Below are positions 1-10,330 of a stretch of 41,271 bases of DNA, one piece after another (the stretch's first letter is position 1; every line of letters begins with the position of its first letter). The DNA is taken from positions 1 to 41,271 of the forward strand of contig CAZLXQ010000001.1 of assembly GCA_964563675.1 (NCBI GenBank), written 5' to 3'. Both the position numbers and the translations under genes were made by a program. A model generated the notes under the pieces. That model saw only the letters and a list, made by a program, of their open reading frames with translations, did not search any database and had not been told where the DNA came from. Origin of the DNA: an uncultured Sulfurospirillum sp. GTDB taxonomy: Bacteria; Campylobacterota; Campylobacteria; Campylobacterales; Sulfurospirillaceae.

Positions 1-2
1 TA

Positions 3-176
3 TTTTCAGCAAAATATTATAAGGAAAAAAGAGCTCAATTTGAAAAATTTGTATCTACTGCCACCAAGCATATAGTTGATTTAATTATAGTTTTTATTTT
101 TCAAACTATGCTTTTCCCAATACTATTTTTATGGCTTTTATATAGACTAATTGTCTATTTGTTTAGCTTTACTTAG
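3..176 (+). CDS. 3' end of a hypothetical membrane protein (partial, starts before the window)
   Basis: Frame 3 is open from the window start to TAG at 174-176: ...KFVSTATKHIVDLIIVFIFQTMLFPILFLWLLYRLIVYLFSFT*, with a hydrophobic C-terminal segment. Not in the ORF track. Confidence 0.65.
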   Translation, partial: FSAKYYKEKRAQFEKFVSTATKHIVDLIIVFIFQTMLFPILFLWLLYRLIVYLFSFT

Positions 177-222
177 TAGTATAATTTTAAATTTAGCCAA
201 TATTTACTATAATTGAAGCTAC

Positions 223-1158
223 ATGTACGAAAAAGCTTGGGATAAAATTATAAATGCTAGATATACTGTTATAGTTTCTCATATTCATCCTGATGGAGAT
301 GCGATAGGTTCCTCTTTGGCACTCTATGGAGTCCTAAAAGAGCTTGGAAAAAAAGTAGCACTCTTTAATGCAACAAAAGATGAGTTGCCAAGGGAGTTTG
401 GTTTTTTAGATGGCTTTTCCAAAATTCAAGGGAGGCTTCCTAAGTTTTTTGATTTAGTTGTTAGCTGTGATTGTGGTAGTTTTGATAGGCTAGGGATTGA
501 AAAAGGTGATTATGAGATTGTCAATATTGACCACCATAAAAGCAATACAAACTTTGGCGATATAGATGTAGTTTTAACAGAAGCATCAAGTAATGGCATG
601 GTGATGTATAAGCTCTTGAAAGCCAACGACATAAAGATAACAAAAAAAACTGCGATAGCCCTCTATACATCTATAGCAGACGACACTGGTTTTTTTAGGT
701 ATGGCGAGATTGATGCGACTACATTTGAAGCGGCATCAGAACTTATCAGATGTGGAGCAAATCCAAAAATGATAGCAGATGAGGTGAAGAGTAGTGTCTC
801 TTTAGCAAAAACAAGGCTGATAGCATATATCCTTAACAGTTTTGAGCTTCACAAAGATGCAACTATAGCTTCGGTGGTTATCAGCAAATCTATACTAGAA
901 GCGACGGGAGCGAAGAGAAGTGATACGAAGAGCATCATAGCCATACTTAGGGATATTGCAAATGTAAAGATAGCCTTGATGGTGCTAGAGCTTGATGGGT
1001 ATTGTAAAATCTCTTTACGAAGTGATGGAGATAGAGATGTTTCAGAAATATCTGCCATTTATGGTGGAGGAGGGCATAGAGGTGCTGCTGGTTTCAGTGT
1101 AAAAAGTAGCGATGCAAGAGCTGCATGTAGAGAAATATTAGGTTTTTTGGAGAGTTAA
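223..1158 (+). CDS. nrnA: DHH/DHHA1 family phosphoesterase (nanoRNase / pAp phosphatase NrnA-like)
   Basis: Motifs SHIHPDGDAIGS, DC, NIDHH, DTGFF and C-terminal GGGGHRGAAG (DHHA1). Confidence 0.88.
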   Translation: MYEKAWDKIINARYTVIVSHIHPDGDAIGSSLALYGVLKELGKKVALFNATKDELPREFGFLDGFSKIQGRLPKFFDLVVSCDCGSFDRLGIEKGDYEIVNIDHHKSNTNFGDIDVVLTEASSNGMVMYKLLKANDIKITKKTAIALYTSIADDTGFFRYGEIDATTFEAASELIRCGANPKMIADEVKSSVSLAKTRLIAYILNSFELHKDATIASVVISKSILEATGAKRSDTKSIIAILRDIANVKIALMVLELDGYCKISLRSDGDRDVSEISAIYGGGGHRGAAGFSVKSSDARAACREILGFLES

Positions 1159-2526
1159 ATGCGTAATAAAAAGAGTTCAGTGGGAGTAGTGATTTTAGTT
1201 GTTTTTATTTTGATAATTGCGTTATTGGCGTATCTTTATAACTCAAAGATGTTTGAGAGAGTAGTACCCACTATAGAGTTGTCTCAAAAGATAGATTGGA
1301 ATTTAAAAAAACCTATATCTGTCAAGATTAGTGATGAGAGTGGCATAAAGTTTGTTCGTGCGATTTTGAGTGATGGAAAAAACTCAATTGTGCTGGCTCA
1401 AGAGGTTTTTTCTGTTGCAAAAGATGAGTATGTTTTGGATATAGAGTTTCCAAAAACTGGCTTTATAACCAATAGAAAACATTTTGAACTGAGTGTTGAA
1501 GCGGTTGATTCAAGCAAGTGGAACTTCTTTTCAGGAAACAAGGCGATAGAGAGATCGAACATATCTGTTGATACTAAAAGACCAGAGCTTTTCACGATAA
1601 ACAACTCCTATAAAATTACCAAAGGAGGGGTTGCTACTGTTATATTTAAAGCAGAGGATGAAAATCTGCAAGACCTATATATAGAGACAAATTTTGGCAA
1701 AATCTTCAAGCCAACACCTTTTTATAGAGACGGATACTACATATCTCTTCTTGCATGGCCTAGTTATGAGGAGAGCTTTAGAGCAACGATAGTAGCACGA
1801 GATAGAGCAGGAAATGTAGCAAGAGAGAGAGTTAGGCTGTTTTTGCAAGACAGAAGATATAGAGTATCAAAAATCAATCTAAAAGATAGTTTTTTAGACG
1901 GCAAGATATTTGATTTAGTTCAAGAAGATGGCATAGATGCAGTTAATATGAGCAGGACTGAGAGATTTAAGCATGTTAATGAAGTTATGAGAGAGAAAAA
2001 TATTAAAAATATATATACAGTAACATCTAAGGCTCCACAAGAGATGATTAGCTCCTTTAGTCTAAAGCCATTTCATCCTCTAAGAAATGCTGCAGCCGTT
2101 GGTGGCTTTGGAGACCATAGACATTTTAAATATAACGACAAGGTGATAAGTGAGTCTTATCACTTAGGAGTAGATCTTGCGAGCACAGCAAGAGCTGATA
2201 TTGTTTCTTCTAATTCGGGAGTGGTGGTTCACTCCATGTATAGCGGTATATATGGTAAAACTGTTATCATCTCTCATGGGCTTGGATTGTATTCGCTCTA
2301 CTCCCACAACTCTAGCAATCTAGTAGAGGTAGGTGATCAGGTAAAGGCTGGTGAAGTTATAGCAAAAACAGGCATAACTGGACTTGCACTAGGAGATCAT
2401 CTGCATTTTGGTATAGTAGTTCAAGGGGTTGAAGTTCGTCCAGCAGAGTGGATGGATAGAAATTGGATGAGAGATAATGTTTTTGATATTATGGATTTGG
2501 CAAAAAGGATTATAGATAAAGAATGA
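1159..2526 (+). CDS. Membrane-anchored M23 family metallopeptidase
   Basis: N-terminal TM helix; HLGVDLA (HxxxD) and HLHFG (HxH) zinc motifs; lies upstream of lpxC as in Campylobacterales. Confidence 0.9.
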   Translation: MRNKKSSVGVVILVVFILIIALLAYLYNSKMFERVVPTIELSQKIDWNLKKPISVKISDESGIKFVRAILSDGKNSIVLAQEVFSVAKDEYVLDIEFPKTGFITNRKHFELSVEAVDSSKWNFFSGNKAIERSNISVDTKRPELFTINNSYKITKGGVATVIFKAEDENLQDLYIETNFGKIFKPTPFYRDGYYISLLAWPSYEESFRATIVARDRAGNVARERVRLFLQDRRYRVSKINLKDSFLDGKIFDLVQEDGIDAVNMSRTERFKHVNEVMREKNIKNIYTVTSKAPQEMISSFSLKPFHPLRNAAAVGGFGDHRHFKYNDKVISESYHLGVDLASTARADIVSSNSGVVVHSMYSGIYGKTVIISHGLGLYSLYSHNSSNLVEVGDQVKAGEVIAKTGITGLALGDHLHFGIVVQGVEVRPAEWMDRNWMRDNVFDIMDLAKRIIDKE

Positions 2527-3098
2527 TAGTTAAACAGAAGAGTTTGCGAGTTTTTCATATAACAGTTGAAGATAAAAGTAGTTTTTTAAACTACATAAAG
2601 AGAAATAAGATACTGCTTATGGAATTCTTTTTGCTTGTTGATGGTGAGATTGATAAGAGTATCGAGCAGACTCTTGATGATGAGGGGTTGTGCTATAAAA
2701 ACATATCTACATATGATCTTAGGTTCTCTAGTGTAAAAAAAGAGAGAGCAGTAGAGGTAAAAAAAGATGAGGTTTTTAAAAGTGATATTGTAGATGTTAA
2801 ATTAAAGATATTTGACAGACCAATTCGCTCTGGAGAAGAGATAAGCGAAGAGTTGCCAGTGGTGGTTTTTGGTCGTATCAATAGCGGGGCAAAGCTCTTT
2901 TGCTCACAAAGTATCACGGTTTATGGCACAATAGACGGTCTAGTTCAGTGTGATGGAGAGTATATAGTGCTTCAAGGACTTAGTAGTCGTGGTAATTTGA
3001 TTTTTAATGGTGAGATTATAGACAGGGAGCTTTTAAAGAGAGATGTTCTGCAAAGAGTAGTGCTTAAAGATAAAAAAGTAGAGATAAGGGAAGTTTAG
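2523..3098 (+). CDS. minC: Septum site-determining protein MinC (Campylobacterota type)
   Basis: C-terminal RPIRSGEEI...VVVFGRINSGA...ITVYG beta-helix motif; M23-minC-lpxC order as in Helicobacter. Confidence 0.8.
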   Translation: MIVKQKSLRVFHITVEDKSSFLNYIKRNKILLMEFFLLVDGEIDKSIEQTLDDEGLCYKNISTYDLRFSSVKKERAVEVKKDEVFKSDIVDVKLKIFDRPIRSGEEISEELPVVVFGRINSGAKLFCSQSITVYGTIDGLVQCDGEYIVLQGLSSRGNLIFNGEIIDRELLKRDVLQRVVLKDKKVEIREV

Positions 3099-3982
3099 TG
3101 CGTCAAACTACAGTTGCTAAAAGAGTTGAGAGTGTCGGCATAGGTCTGCATAAGGGTGAGCCTATTGAGATAGCATTAGAGCCCCTTGAGGCAGATAGTG
3201 GTATAGTTTTCTACAGGTCTGATGTGGGGATGAGTGTTAAGGCTATCCCGCAAAATGTCATGAATACTAACAATGCAACTGTGATAGGAGATGGACAGAA
3301 CTATATCTCAACCATAGAGCATCTACTCTCAGCAATCTACTCATACGGCATAGATAATATTCTTATAAAACTAAATGGTGCAGAAGTTCCAGTGATGGAT
3401 GGAAGTGGAGCTAGCTTTTGTATGATGCTTGACCAAGCACAAAAAAGAGAACTAGACAAGAACAAAAGTGTCTTGATTATACAAAAAGAGGTTGAAGTTC
3501 GTGAAGGCAAAAAGTTTGCAAGAGTGCAGCCATCTAAAAAGCCACTCTATAACTTTAAGATAGATTTTTCGCATCCAATTATAGGAAAGCAGGAGTATAG
3601 GTTTGAATTTAGTAAGCAAGCCTATATTGAGGAGATTTCTAAGGCAAGAACATTTGGATTTTTAAAAGATGTTCAGTATTTACAGAGTCGAGGTCTTGCT
3701 CTTGGAGGCTCACTTGATAATGCGATAGTTCTTGATGATAAAAAGATACTAAATCCAAGTGGACTTAGATTTAAAGATGAGTTTGTAAAGCATAAAATCT
3801 TAGATGCAATTGGAGATTTAGCACTCTTAGGAGCTCCTTTACTTGCTGATTATGAGTCATTTGCAGGGAGTCATAGTCTAAATCATCTACTTACAAAAGA
3901 GATACTAAAAGATCCAAAAAACTATGAAGTGCGAGATTTTGCTATGATTGAAGAGTTGGGGCTCGTAGAGGCATTCGCATAA
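3098..3982 (+). CDS. lpxC: UDP-3-O-acyl-N-acetylglucosamine deacetylase
   Basis: GIGLHKG, TIEHLLSA, PVMDGS, ARTFGF and HKILDAIGDL motifs; GTG start. Confidence 0.97.
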   Translation: MRQTTVAKRVESVGIGLHKGEPIEIALEPLEADSGIVFYRSDVGMSVKAIPQNVMNTNNATVIGDGQNYISTIEHLLSAIYSYGIDNILIKLNGAEVPVMDGSGASFCMMLDQAQKRELDKNKSVLIIQKEVEVREGKKFARVQPSKKPLYNFKIDFSHPIIGKQEYRFEFSKQAYIEEISKARTFGFLKDVQYLQSRGLALGGSLDNAIVLDDKKILNPSGLRFKDEFVKHKILDAIGDLALLGAPLLADYESFAGSHSLNHLLTKEILKDPKNYEVRDFAMIEELGLVEAFA

Positions 3983-4437
3983 AACCTATAGTTGACATAG
4001 TTGTTATCTCTTTAGCTTCGCCACTACAAATAGGTATCTACAAGAACAACCAGCTTATAAAAGAGCATATCACCAAAGAGCAGACAAGTGAAGCGATGCC
4101 AGCTATATTTAAACAGATACTCAAAAGTTCTACATGTAGACGAGTGTTTTTTGCAAGGGGGCCAGGAAGTTTTATGGCTATCAAGATCGGCTATATATTT
4201 TTAAGGACTTTAGCTATCACTAAAGATATAGAGCTATTTGCTTGCGATGGATTTAGTTTTAATGAAAATTCGCCTATAAAAGCACTAAGAAAGAGCTATT
4301 TTGTGAAAAAAGATGGTAAAATAGAGACTCAATTTTTTGAAGATGAGCCAAAAAGTAAGCTTACTTTGCCAAAAACAATAGAGTTGAGAAATTTTACAAA
4401 AGATATAGAACCTCTATATATATTGCCAGCAGTTTAG
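3979..4437 (+). CDS. tsaB: tRNA t6A biosynthesis protein TsaB-like (short Campylobacterota form); probable ATA start upstream of the track's ATG at 4096
   Basis: GPGSFMAIKIG motif. The frame is open from 3952 and encodes VDIVVISLASPLQIGIY before the first ATG. GAGG at 3968-3971 precedes ATA at 3979, which overlaps the lpxC stop. Start position is inferred. Confidence 0.75.
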   Translation: MKPIVDIVVISLASPLQIGIYKNNQLIKEHITKEQTSEAMPAIFKQILKSSTCRRVFFARGPGSFMAIKIGYIFLRTLAITKDIELFACDGFSFNENSPIKALRKSYFVKKDGKIETQFFEDEPKSKLTLPKTIELRNFTKDIEPLYILPAV

Positions 4438-4449
4438 AAAAGGTAGTTT

Positions 4450-5331
4450 ATGCGTATACGGATACCAGCAACAAGTGCAAATTTAGGACCAGGATTTGAT
4501 AGCTTGGGGCTTGCAATAGCACTATATAATTATGTAACTATAAAACCATGTGTTTGTCAAAGTATTTCCATAAAAGGTGAAGGCTCAAACAAGTCAAGAT
4601 TAAAAGTAAATAATGTTTTTGTATCTATATTTAACGAGATTTATAAAGAGCTAGATAAGCAAAAGAGAAGCTTTAGGTTTGAGTTTGAAAACAATATCCC
4701 TTTTTCGAGAGGACTTGGAAGCAGCTCAGCCGTTATAGTTGGAGCAATTGCAAGTGCGTATCGCTTAGCAAACATTGAAGTCTCAAGAGAGGGTGTACTA
4801 AACCTTGCACTTGCTTATGAGAGTCATCCAGACAACATAGCACCTGCTGTTTATGGCGGGTTTACAACATCTGTAGTAGCGGACGGTTCTATAAAGACAC
4901 TCAAGAAAGAGTTACCAAACTTTCTCAAGGCGGTTATAGTTATACCAAATAGAACGATGAATACATTTCGTTCAAGAGCACAGTTACCAAAATCATATCG
5001 AATGTCTGATGCGGTATTTAACAGCTCAAGAGTTGGTCTTATGAGTGCTGCTTTTTTTAGCGAAGAGTGGGAAATGTTAAAGTATGCAAGTATGGATAGG
5101 ATGCATGAAAACAGAAGAATGAAGGGGTTAAAAGAGCTTTTTAGTGTAAGAAAGGTAGCACTTGAGCATGGGGCTCTTATGAGTACACTCTCAGGAAGTG
5201 GGTCATCTTTTTTCTCTTTAGTTTATGAAAAAGATGCTCAAAACTTGAAAGTTATATTGAAGAAATTGTTTGTAGATTTTAGAGTAGAAATCTTTGATTT
5301 TGACAATAATGGCTTTGAAGTTGAAAAATAG
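4450..5331 (+). CDS. thrB: Homoserine kinase
   Basis: PATSANLGPGFD, PFSRGLGSSSA (GHMP), HPDNIAP, LSGSG. Confidence 0.96.
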   Translation: MRIRIPATSANLGPGFDSLGLAIALYNYVTIKPCVCQSISIKGEGSNKSRLKVNNVFVSIFNEIYKELDKQKRSFRFEFENNIPFSRGLGSSSAVIVGAIASAYRLANIEVSREGVLNLALAYESHPDNIAPAVYGGFTTSVVADGSIKTLKKELPNFLKAVIVIPNRTMNTFRSRAQLPKSYRMSDAVFNSSRVGLMSAAFFSEEWEMLKYASMDRMHENRRMKGLKELFSVRKVALEHGALMSTLSGSGSSFFSLVYEKDAQNLKVILKKLFVDFRVEIFDFDNNGFEVEK

Positions 5332-5339
5332 TTTAATTT

Positions 5340-5348
5340 TGGTATAAT
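5340..5348 (+). promoter_or_regulatory. Extended -10 (TGnTATAAT) promoter for ylxR-infB-rbfA-rimP
   Basis: TGGTATAAT in the thrB-ylxR intergenic region, 12 nt before the ylxR ATG. Confidence 0.6.
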
Positions 5349-5360
5349 AGCCAGCTAATT

Positions 5361-5597
5361 ATGAAAAAGCCTATTCGAATGTGTCTTATATGTAGAGAAA
5401 GGTATGAGCAAAACAGACTAATCCGCTTTCAGTTAAATAATGGAAAATTAATAGAATTTTCAAAAGTAGGGCGTAGTAGCTACATCTGTTTAGATTGTAG
5501 ATTGTTTGATGAAAAGCGTTTAGTTAAAATTTTGAGTAGTAAATTTAGACAAAAAATAGATGATTTGGGGTATATCGCCCTAACTAAGGAGACTTGA
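5361..5597 (+). CDS. ylxR: YlxR/DUF448 family RNA-binding protein
   Basis: PIRMCLICR...LIRF...[10 protein letters not shown], directly upstream of infB. Confidence 0.85.
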   Translation: MKKPIRMCLICRERYEQNRLIRFQLNNGKLIEFSKVGRSSYICLDCRLFDEKRLVKILSSKFRQKIDDLGYIALTKET

Positions 5598-5601
5598 TCG
5601 A

Positions 5602-8301
5602 ATGGAGAAGGTGCGTATAAAAGAGATTGCAGAAGAGCTTGGCATGAAGAGTAAAGAGGTTGTTGAAAAAGCAACTGATATAGGATTAGAGGTAAAAGTT
5701 GCTAGTAGCTCTGTTACTCCTTCGGAGGCTGAGAGGCTTATGAGTTATATCTTAACAGGTGTAAAAGAGGAGTTGGTTAAGCCAGAAGCAGTAGTGAAAA
5801 AAATTCAAATTAAGCCTAAAGAGGATAAGCCAAAAGAGAAAGCAGCTCCAAAAAAAGTACCCATTGTAAAAGATGAAGCAAAAGAGGAAAAGATCAAAAA
5901 AGAGACAAAAGTAGAGCAAAAGATAGAAGAAAAAAGCCCTAAGTTAGAGCCTAAAAAAGAGACAAAGCCAGAGATTGTTAAAACAAAAGCTATTGAAACA
6001 AAAAAGACTTTTGAAGCAGAGTCTAAAAAAGAAGAGATAAAGACAGAAAAAGTTAAGCCTAAGTTAGAGCCCAAAAAAGAGAGCCTAGCATCTACGAGTG
6101 TTCGCAAGCGAAGAGGGTTGGCTATAGTTAAGAAAAAGCGTCCCATGAAAATAGAGGCTGACCCTAAAAGCTTTCCTTCTCCTTATGCAAAAAAGAGAAG
6201 TTCTCAGCCACTTAAATCTATTTTTGGGATGGCTAGTGAGAGCTCTAAAAAGAGAAAGAGAGTTAAAAAAACTCCTGCGGGAAAACAGAGCAATGCTCAA
6301 AAGATAGATATAACTTTTAGTGACATGGCAGACATAAGGCTTGACTTGGAAGACAATATGGTAGTTTTACCAGACTTGACTATCAAGGCTGAGCCAAAAG
6401 TGGAGCAAAGAACAAAGAAAAATAATGACCCATCACAGATAAGAACCACAAAAAGAGCAAGTTTTATCCGACCACAAGGCATAAAAAGACGCGGAAGAAA
6501 AAGACGAATTAAAAAACCGATTATCCAAGAGAGTGCAGTAGTCTCTTTAGTGGAGATTCCTGAGGATATCAGAGTATATGAGTTTGCACAAAAGATAAAC
6601 AGGCAATCTAGCGAGGTGATAAAAGAGCTATTTTTACTAGGTATGCTAGTTACAAAAAATGACTTTTTAGATAAAGACTCCATAGATATCTTAGCTGAAA
6701 CTTTTGAGGTAGAGGTTACGACGGTTGATGTTCAAGAGGAGTTTAATTATGTTGGAGCCTATGAAGAGTCATCTGAAGATGAGATGGTAGAAAGGGCACC
6801 GATTGTTACTATCATGGGGCATGTTGATCACGGTAAAACTTCACTTTTGGACTACATAAGAAACACAAAAGTGGCAAGCGGTGAGTCTGGTGGAATTACT
6901 CAGCATGTTGGTGCTTATATGGTTCAAAAAAGTGGGAGAAATATAACTTTTATAGATACTCCTGGGCATGCTGCTTTTACTGAAATGCGTGCTCGTGGAG
7001 CACAAGTGACTGATGTAGTTATCATAGTTGTAGCTGCTGATGATGGTGTGATGCCTCAAACAAGAGAAGCAGTTGAACATGCAAAGGCTGCAAATGTTCC
7101 TTTTATAATTGCTATGAACAAGATGGACTTAGAGGCAGCAAACCCTGATATGGCAAAAGCTGGCTTAGCAGAGCTTGGGGTTACTCCTGTTGATTGGGGT
7201 GGGGAGCATGAGTTTGTTGAAGTATCTGCAAAAAGTGGTATGGGGATTGAAGACCTTTTAGAGGTTGTTCTTCTTCAAGCAGACCTAATGGAGCTTAAAG
7301 CAAATCCCAACAAAAAGGCAAAAGCGACTGTTATAGAGAGTTCACTTGAAAAAGGCAGAGGTCCTGTTGCAACTATTGTTATTAACGAAGGAACTTTGAG
7401 AGTTGGAGATGTAATCGTTGCAGGAGTTGGATATGGAAAAGTAAGAGCTCTGCTTGATGATATGGGTAGACCTATCAAGGAGGCTTGTCCAGGTGAGCCT
7501 GTTGTTATTTTGGGTCTTAGTGAAGTTTCAGGAGCTGGAGAGCACTTAGTAAGTGTAAAGACAGATAAAATAGCTCGTGAATATGCACAAAAAAAAGCGA
7601 ACTATCTAAGACAAAAAGAGCTGTCAAAATCAACTAAAGTAGTAACTTTGGATGAGCTTAGCTCAAGAATTGCAGAGGGTGCGATTAAGACTTTACCAGT
7701 TATACTAAAAGCTGATGTTCAGGGCTCACTTGAGGCTATAAAGGGCTCTTTAGCAAAGATAAAAAATGATGAAGTAAAGATAAGCATCATAAGCTCGGGC
7801 ATAGGCGGTATCACCGAGAGTGATGTAGCACTTGCAGAAGCTAGTGAAGATAGTATAATTCTTGGTTTTCAAGTTAGACCAACAGGAAGTGTTAAAGAAA
7901 AAGCAAAAAATAGCGGTGTTGAGATAAAAACATACAATATCATATATGATTTGATTGATGATGTTACAGGTTTGGTTTCAGGACTATTATCCCCTGTTAT
8001 AAGAGAAGAGAATATAGGGCAAGCACAAGTCAGAGAGGTTTTTGTAGTTCCAAAAATCGGAGCGATTGCTGGTTGTGTTGTAACTGATGGATCTATAAAT
8101 CGTGGTGTTAAAGTTCGCCTTATTCGTGATGGTGTTATCGTTTATGAGAGTAGTGTATCTTCGCTTAAGCGCTTTAAAGATGATGTAAATGAAGTAAAAA
8201 AAGGGTATGAATGCGGTATTGGTATCGAGGGTTACAATGATATAAAAGAGGGCGATTTTATCGAAAGCTTTAAAGAAGTAGAAGAGCAAGCGGTTTTATA
8301 G
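5602..8301 (+). CDS. infB: Translation initiation factor IF-2
   Basis: [19 protein letters not shown] and NKMD GTPase motifs; C-terminal SLKRFKDD...GYECG. Confidence 0.99.
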   Translation: MEKVRIKEIAEELGMKSKEVVEKATDIGLEVKVASSSVTPSEAERLMSYILTGVKEELVKPEAVVKKIQIKPKEDKPKEKAAPKKVPIVKDEAKEEKIKKETKVEQKIEEKSPKLEPKKETKPEIVKTKAIETKKTFEAESKKEEIKTEKVKPKLEPKKESLASTSVRKRRGLAIVKKKRPMKIEADPKSFPSPYAKKRSSQPLKSIFGMASESSKKRKRVKKTPAGKQSNAQKIDITFSDMADIRLDLEDNMVVLPDLTIKAEPKVEQRTKKNNDPSQIRTTKRASFIRPQGIKRRGRKRRIKKPIIQESAVVSLVEIPEDIRVYEFAQKINRQSSEVIKELFLLGMLVTKNDFLDKDSIDILAETFEVEVTTVDVQEEFNYVGAYEESSEDEMVERAPIVTIMGHVDHGKTSLLDYIRNTKVASGESGGITQHVGAYMVQKSGRNITFIDTPGHAAFTEMRARGAQVTDVVIIVVAADDGVMPQTREAVEHAKAANVPFIIAMNKMDLEAANPDMAKAGLAELGVTPVDWGGEHEFVEVSAKSGMGIEDLLEVVLLQADLMELKANPNKKAKATVIESSLEKGRGPVATIVINEGTLRVGDVIVAGVGYGKVRALLDDMGRPIKEACPGEPVVILGLSEVSGAGEHLVSVKTDKIAREYAQKKANYLRQKELSKSTKVVTLDELSSRIAEGAIKTLPVILKADVQGSLEAIKGSLAKIKNDEVKISIISSGIGGITESDVALAEASEDSIILGFQVRPTGSVKEKAKNSGVEIKTYNIIYDLIDDVTGLVSGLLSPVIREENIGQAQVREVFVVPKIGAIAGCVVTDGSINRGVKVRLIRDGVIVYESSVSSLKRFKDDVNEVKKGYECGIGIEGYNDIKEGDFIESFKEVEEQAVL

Positions 8302-8681
8302 TGTCAAACAGTAAAAGCATAAAGCTTCAACGAGTGCAGAGTATTTTAAAAGAGCTAATTCCTGAAGCACTTTGTACTTTGGATGATGAGATGCTAAACG
8401 GACTTTGTGTTATAGATGTAGAGTGTACTCGTGGAAAGTATGATGCAATAGTCTATCTTGATAAGATGATGCTTGATGAGAAGGAGCAAAAATATATCAT
8501 CAGTCATCTAAAAAAAGTAAATTCACATCTAAAAACTTACTGTATGCAGAGCGAAGGTTGGTTTAGATGTCCTGATTTTAGGTTTAAGTTTGATGATAGT
8601 CTGGAGAAGCAAAATCAGATTGATGCACTTTTCGACCAAGTGGCTCTTGAGCTTGAAAAAGGGAAAAAAGATGACAACTAA
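8301..8681 (+). CDS. rbfA: 30S ribosome-binding factor A
   Basis: Follows infB; FRCPDFRFKFDDSL motif; GTG start. Confidence 0.9.
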   Translation: MSNSKSIKLQRVQSILKELIPEALCTLDDEMLNGLCVIDVECTRGKYDAIVYLDKMMLDEKEQKYIISHLKKVNSHLKTYCMQSEGWFRCPDFRFKFDDSLEKQNQIDALFDQVALELEKGKKDDN

Positions 8682-9108
8682 AGAGACTATCGAGAGTATC
8701 TTGAAAGATTGTGGTGTAGAGCTGTATGACTTAGAGACACTTAGTGAGTTTGAGCAGAAAATATTTAGAGTATATATCACAAGCAAAGATGGTGTCAAAC
8801 TAGATAAGTGTGCCGAGGTTGCAGGGATATTGTCTCCTATTTTGGATCTAGAGCCACCTGTTGATGGTGAATATGCTTTAGAAGTAAGTTCGCCTGGGGT
8901 TGAGAGAACTCTTAGGAAAATCGAACACTACAGAGGCTCAGTAGGGGAGCTTATCAAAGTAAAGCTTTTTAGTACGGATAAAATTATAGGTAAACTAAAG
9001 TCAGTAAACAAAGAACAAATAGTGCTTAAAGAGGAAGATGGCGAGGTTGTAGCTATATCCATGAGTGATATTGAGAAAGCTAGAACTTATCACAGATGGA
9101 AAAAATAG
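8671..9108 (+). CDS. rimP: Ribosome maturation factor RimP
   Basis: YALEVSSPGVERTL motif. Start placed at ATG 8671 (MTTKETIE), overlapping the end of rbfA. Confidence 0.92.
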   Translation: MTTKETIESILKDCGVELYDLETLSEFEQKIFRVYITSKDGVKLDKCAEVAGILSPILDLEPPVDGEYALEVSSPGVERTLRKIEHYRGSVGELIKVKLFSTDKIIGKLKSVNKEQIVLKEEDGEVVAISMSDIEKARTYHRWKK

Positions 9109-10112
9109 ACGAATATTTTATGTGCTTAGCTCTTGATAAGGCTTGGGTATTTCAAGGACTAACCTATCCAAATCCGCCAGTTGGTGCAGTTGTTACTGAT
9201 GAAAACAATAACTTTATCTCAAGCGGTGTTCATAAGCAAGTAGGCTTAATCCATGCAGAAGTTGATGCTATAAAAAAAGCCTATTTTAGATTATCAAATG
9301 ATGTTAAAATCTTAGACATAAAAGATGCTACACAAATCTACAACTACATATATAAAAACCATAACAACACCCTAAGAGGTAAAAATATATATGTAACACT
9401 AGAGCCATGTAACCATTTTGGTAAAACTCCACCTTGCAGTAAGCTTATAGAGAGGCTTGGATTTCGAAGGGTAATTATAGGAGCAAAAGAGACCAGTCAA
9501 AAGGCGAGTGGGGGAGCAGAATTTTTAGAGAATTCAGACTTACATGTAGAGATTGGTGTCAAAGAAGATAATTGCAAAGAGCTACTTAGACCATTTAATG
9601 CTTGGCAAAAAGATAGATTTGTATTTTTCAAATTGGCGATGAGTAACAATGGGGTTGTTGATGGTGGGCTTATAACCACTAAAGAGTCGCGCTGTTTTGT
9701 TCATAAGCTACGAGATAGATGCGATTTGCTTGTCATCGGCGGCAACAGTGTAAGAGTAGACCGTCCTATATTGGATGCTAGACTTTGCCGTGCAGATGCA
9801 CCAGATATATTGATATATTCAAAAACTAAAGATTTTGATAAAACTATACCCCTTTTTCAAGTACCAAATAGAAGAGTTTTTATAGAGAATAGCTTTAAAA
9901 AATTAGATGAATATAAGTTTATTATGGTTGAAGGGGGTGAGGGAATGCTAAAGGCCACTAAGTCGTTTATCAACTACTATCTTATCTTTCACTCGCCAAA
10001 CTTTAGAACAGGAAAACATCCAGATATTGAACTTAATCTAAAAGAGCTCTCCTCTTTTAGATTAAGTGAAGATAGAGCTACTTGGCTTAAGACTAGTAAA
10101 ATTCCAAAATGA
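9096..10112 (+). CDS. ribD: Riboflavin biosynthesis deaminase/reductase RibD
   Basis: PNPPVG, HAE and VTLEPCNHFGKTPPC deaminase motifs; reductase part with MVEGG. Confidence 0.94.
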   Translation: MEKIDEYFMCLALDKAWVFQGLTYPNPPVGAVVTDENNNFISSGVHKQVGLIHAEVDAIKKAYFRLSNDVKILDIKDATQIYNYIYKNHNNTLRGKNIYVTLEPCNHFGKTPPCSKLIERLGFRRVIIGAKETSQKASGGAEFLENSDLHVEIGVKEDNCKELLRPFNAWQKDRFVFFKLAMSNNGVVDGGLITTKESRCFVHKLRDRCDLLVIGGNSVRVDRPILDARLCRADAPDILIYSKTKDFDKTIPLFQVPNRRVFIENSFKKLDEYKFIMVEGGEGMLKATKSFINYYLIFHSPNFRTGKHPDIELNLKELSSFRLSEDRATWLKTSKIPK

Positions 10113-10118
10113 GGTAAG

Positions 10119-10298
10119 ATGAAACGCAATGTAGGCAGAAAAGACAAAATCAATAGAATTATAGTTGGAGTTGCTTTGATGGCTTATGCAGTTTATGCAA
10201 ATCAGCCCATGGCTTATGCGGGTATACTTCCTTTAATGACAGGTATTATAGGTTTTTGTCCACTATACCCACTATTTAGATATAGCTTATCTAAATAG
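10119..10298 (+). CDS. Small DUF2892/YgaP-like membrane protein (59 aa)
   Basis: MKRNVGRKDKINRIIVGVALMAYAVYANQPMAYAGILPLMTGIIGFCPLYPLFRYSLSK*, with NVGxxD..R and GFCPLY signatures; GAGG RBS at 10111-10114. Confidence 0.85.
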   Translation: MKRNVGRKDKINRIIVGVALMAYAVYANQPMAYAGILPLMTGIIGFCPLYPLFRYSLSK

Positions 10299-10330
10299 AT
10301 TCAATAGCTTTTTTAGGAGTGTTTTAAGAA

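Noticed and set aside
2523-3098. minC without minD/minE
   Set aside because: The M23-minC-lpxC arrangement with minDE elsewhere is known from Helicobacter.
5938-6082. 25-nt direct repeat (PKLEPKKE) at 5938-5962 and 6058-6082 in infB
   Set aside because: An ordinary duplication in the low-complexity IF2 N-terminal linker; only two copies, so not a CRISPR.
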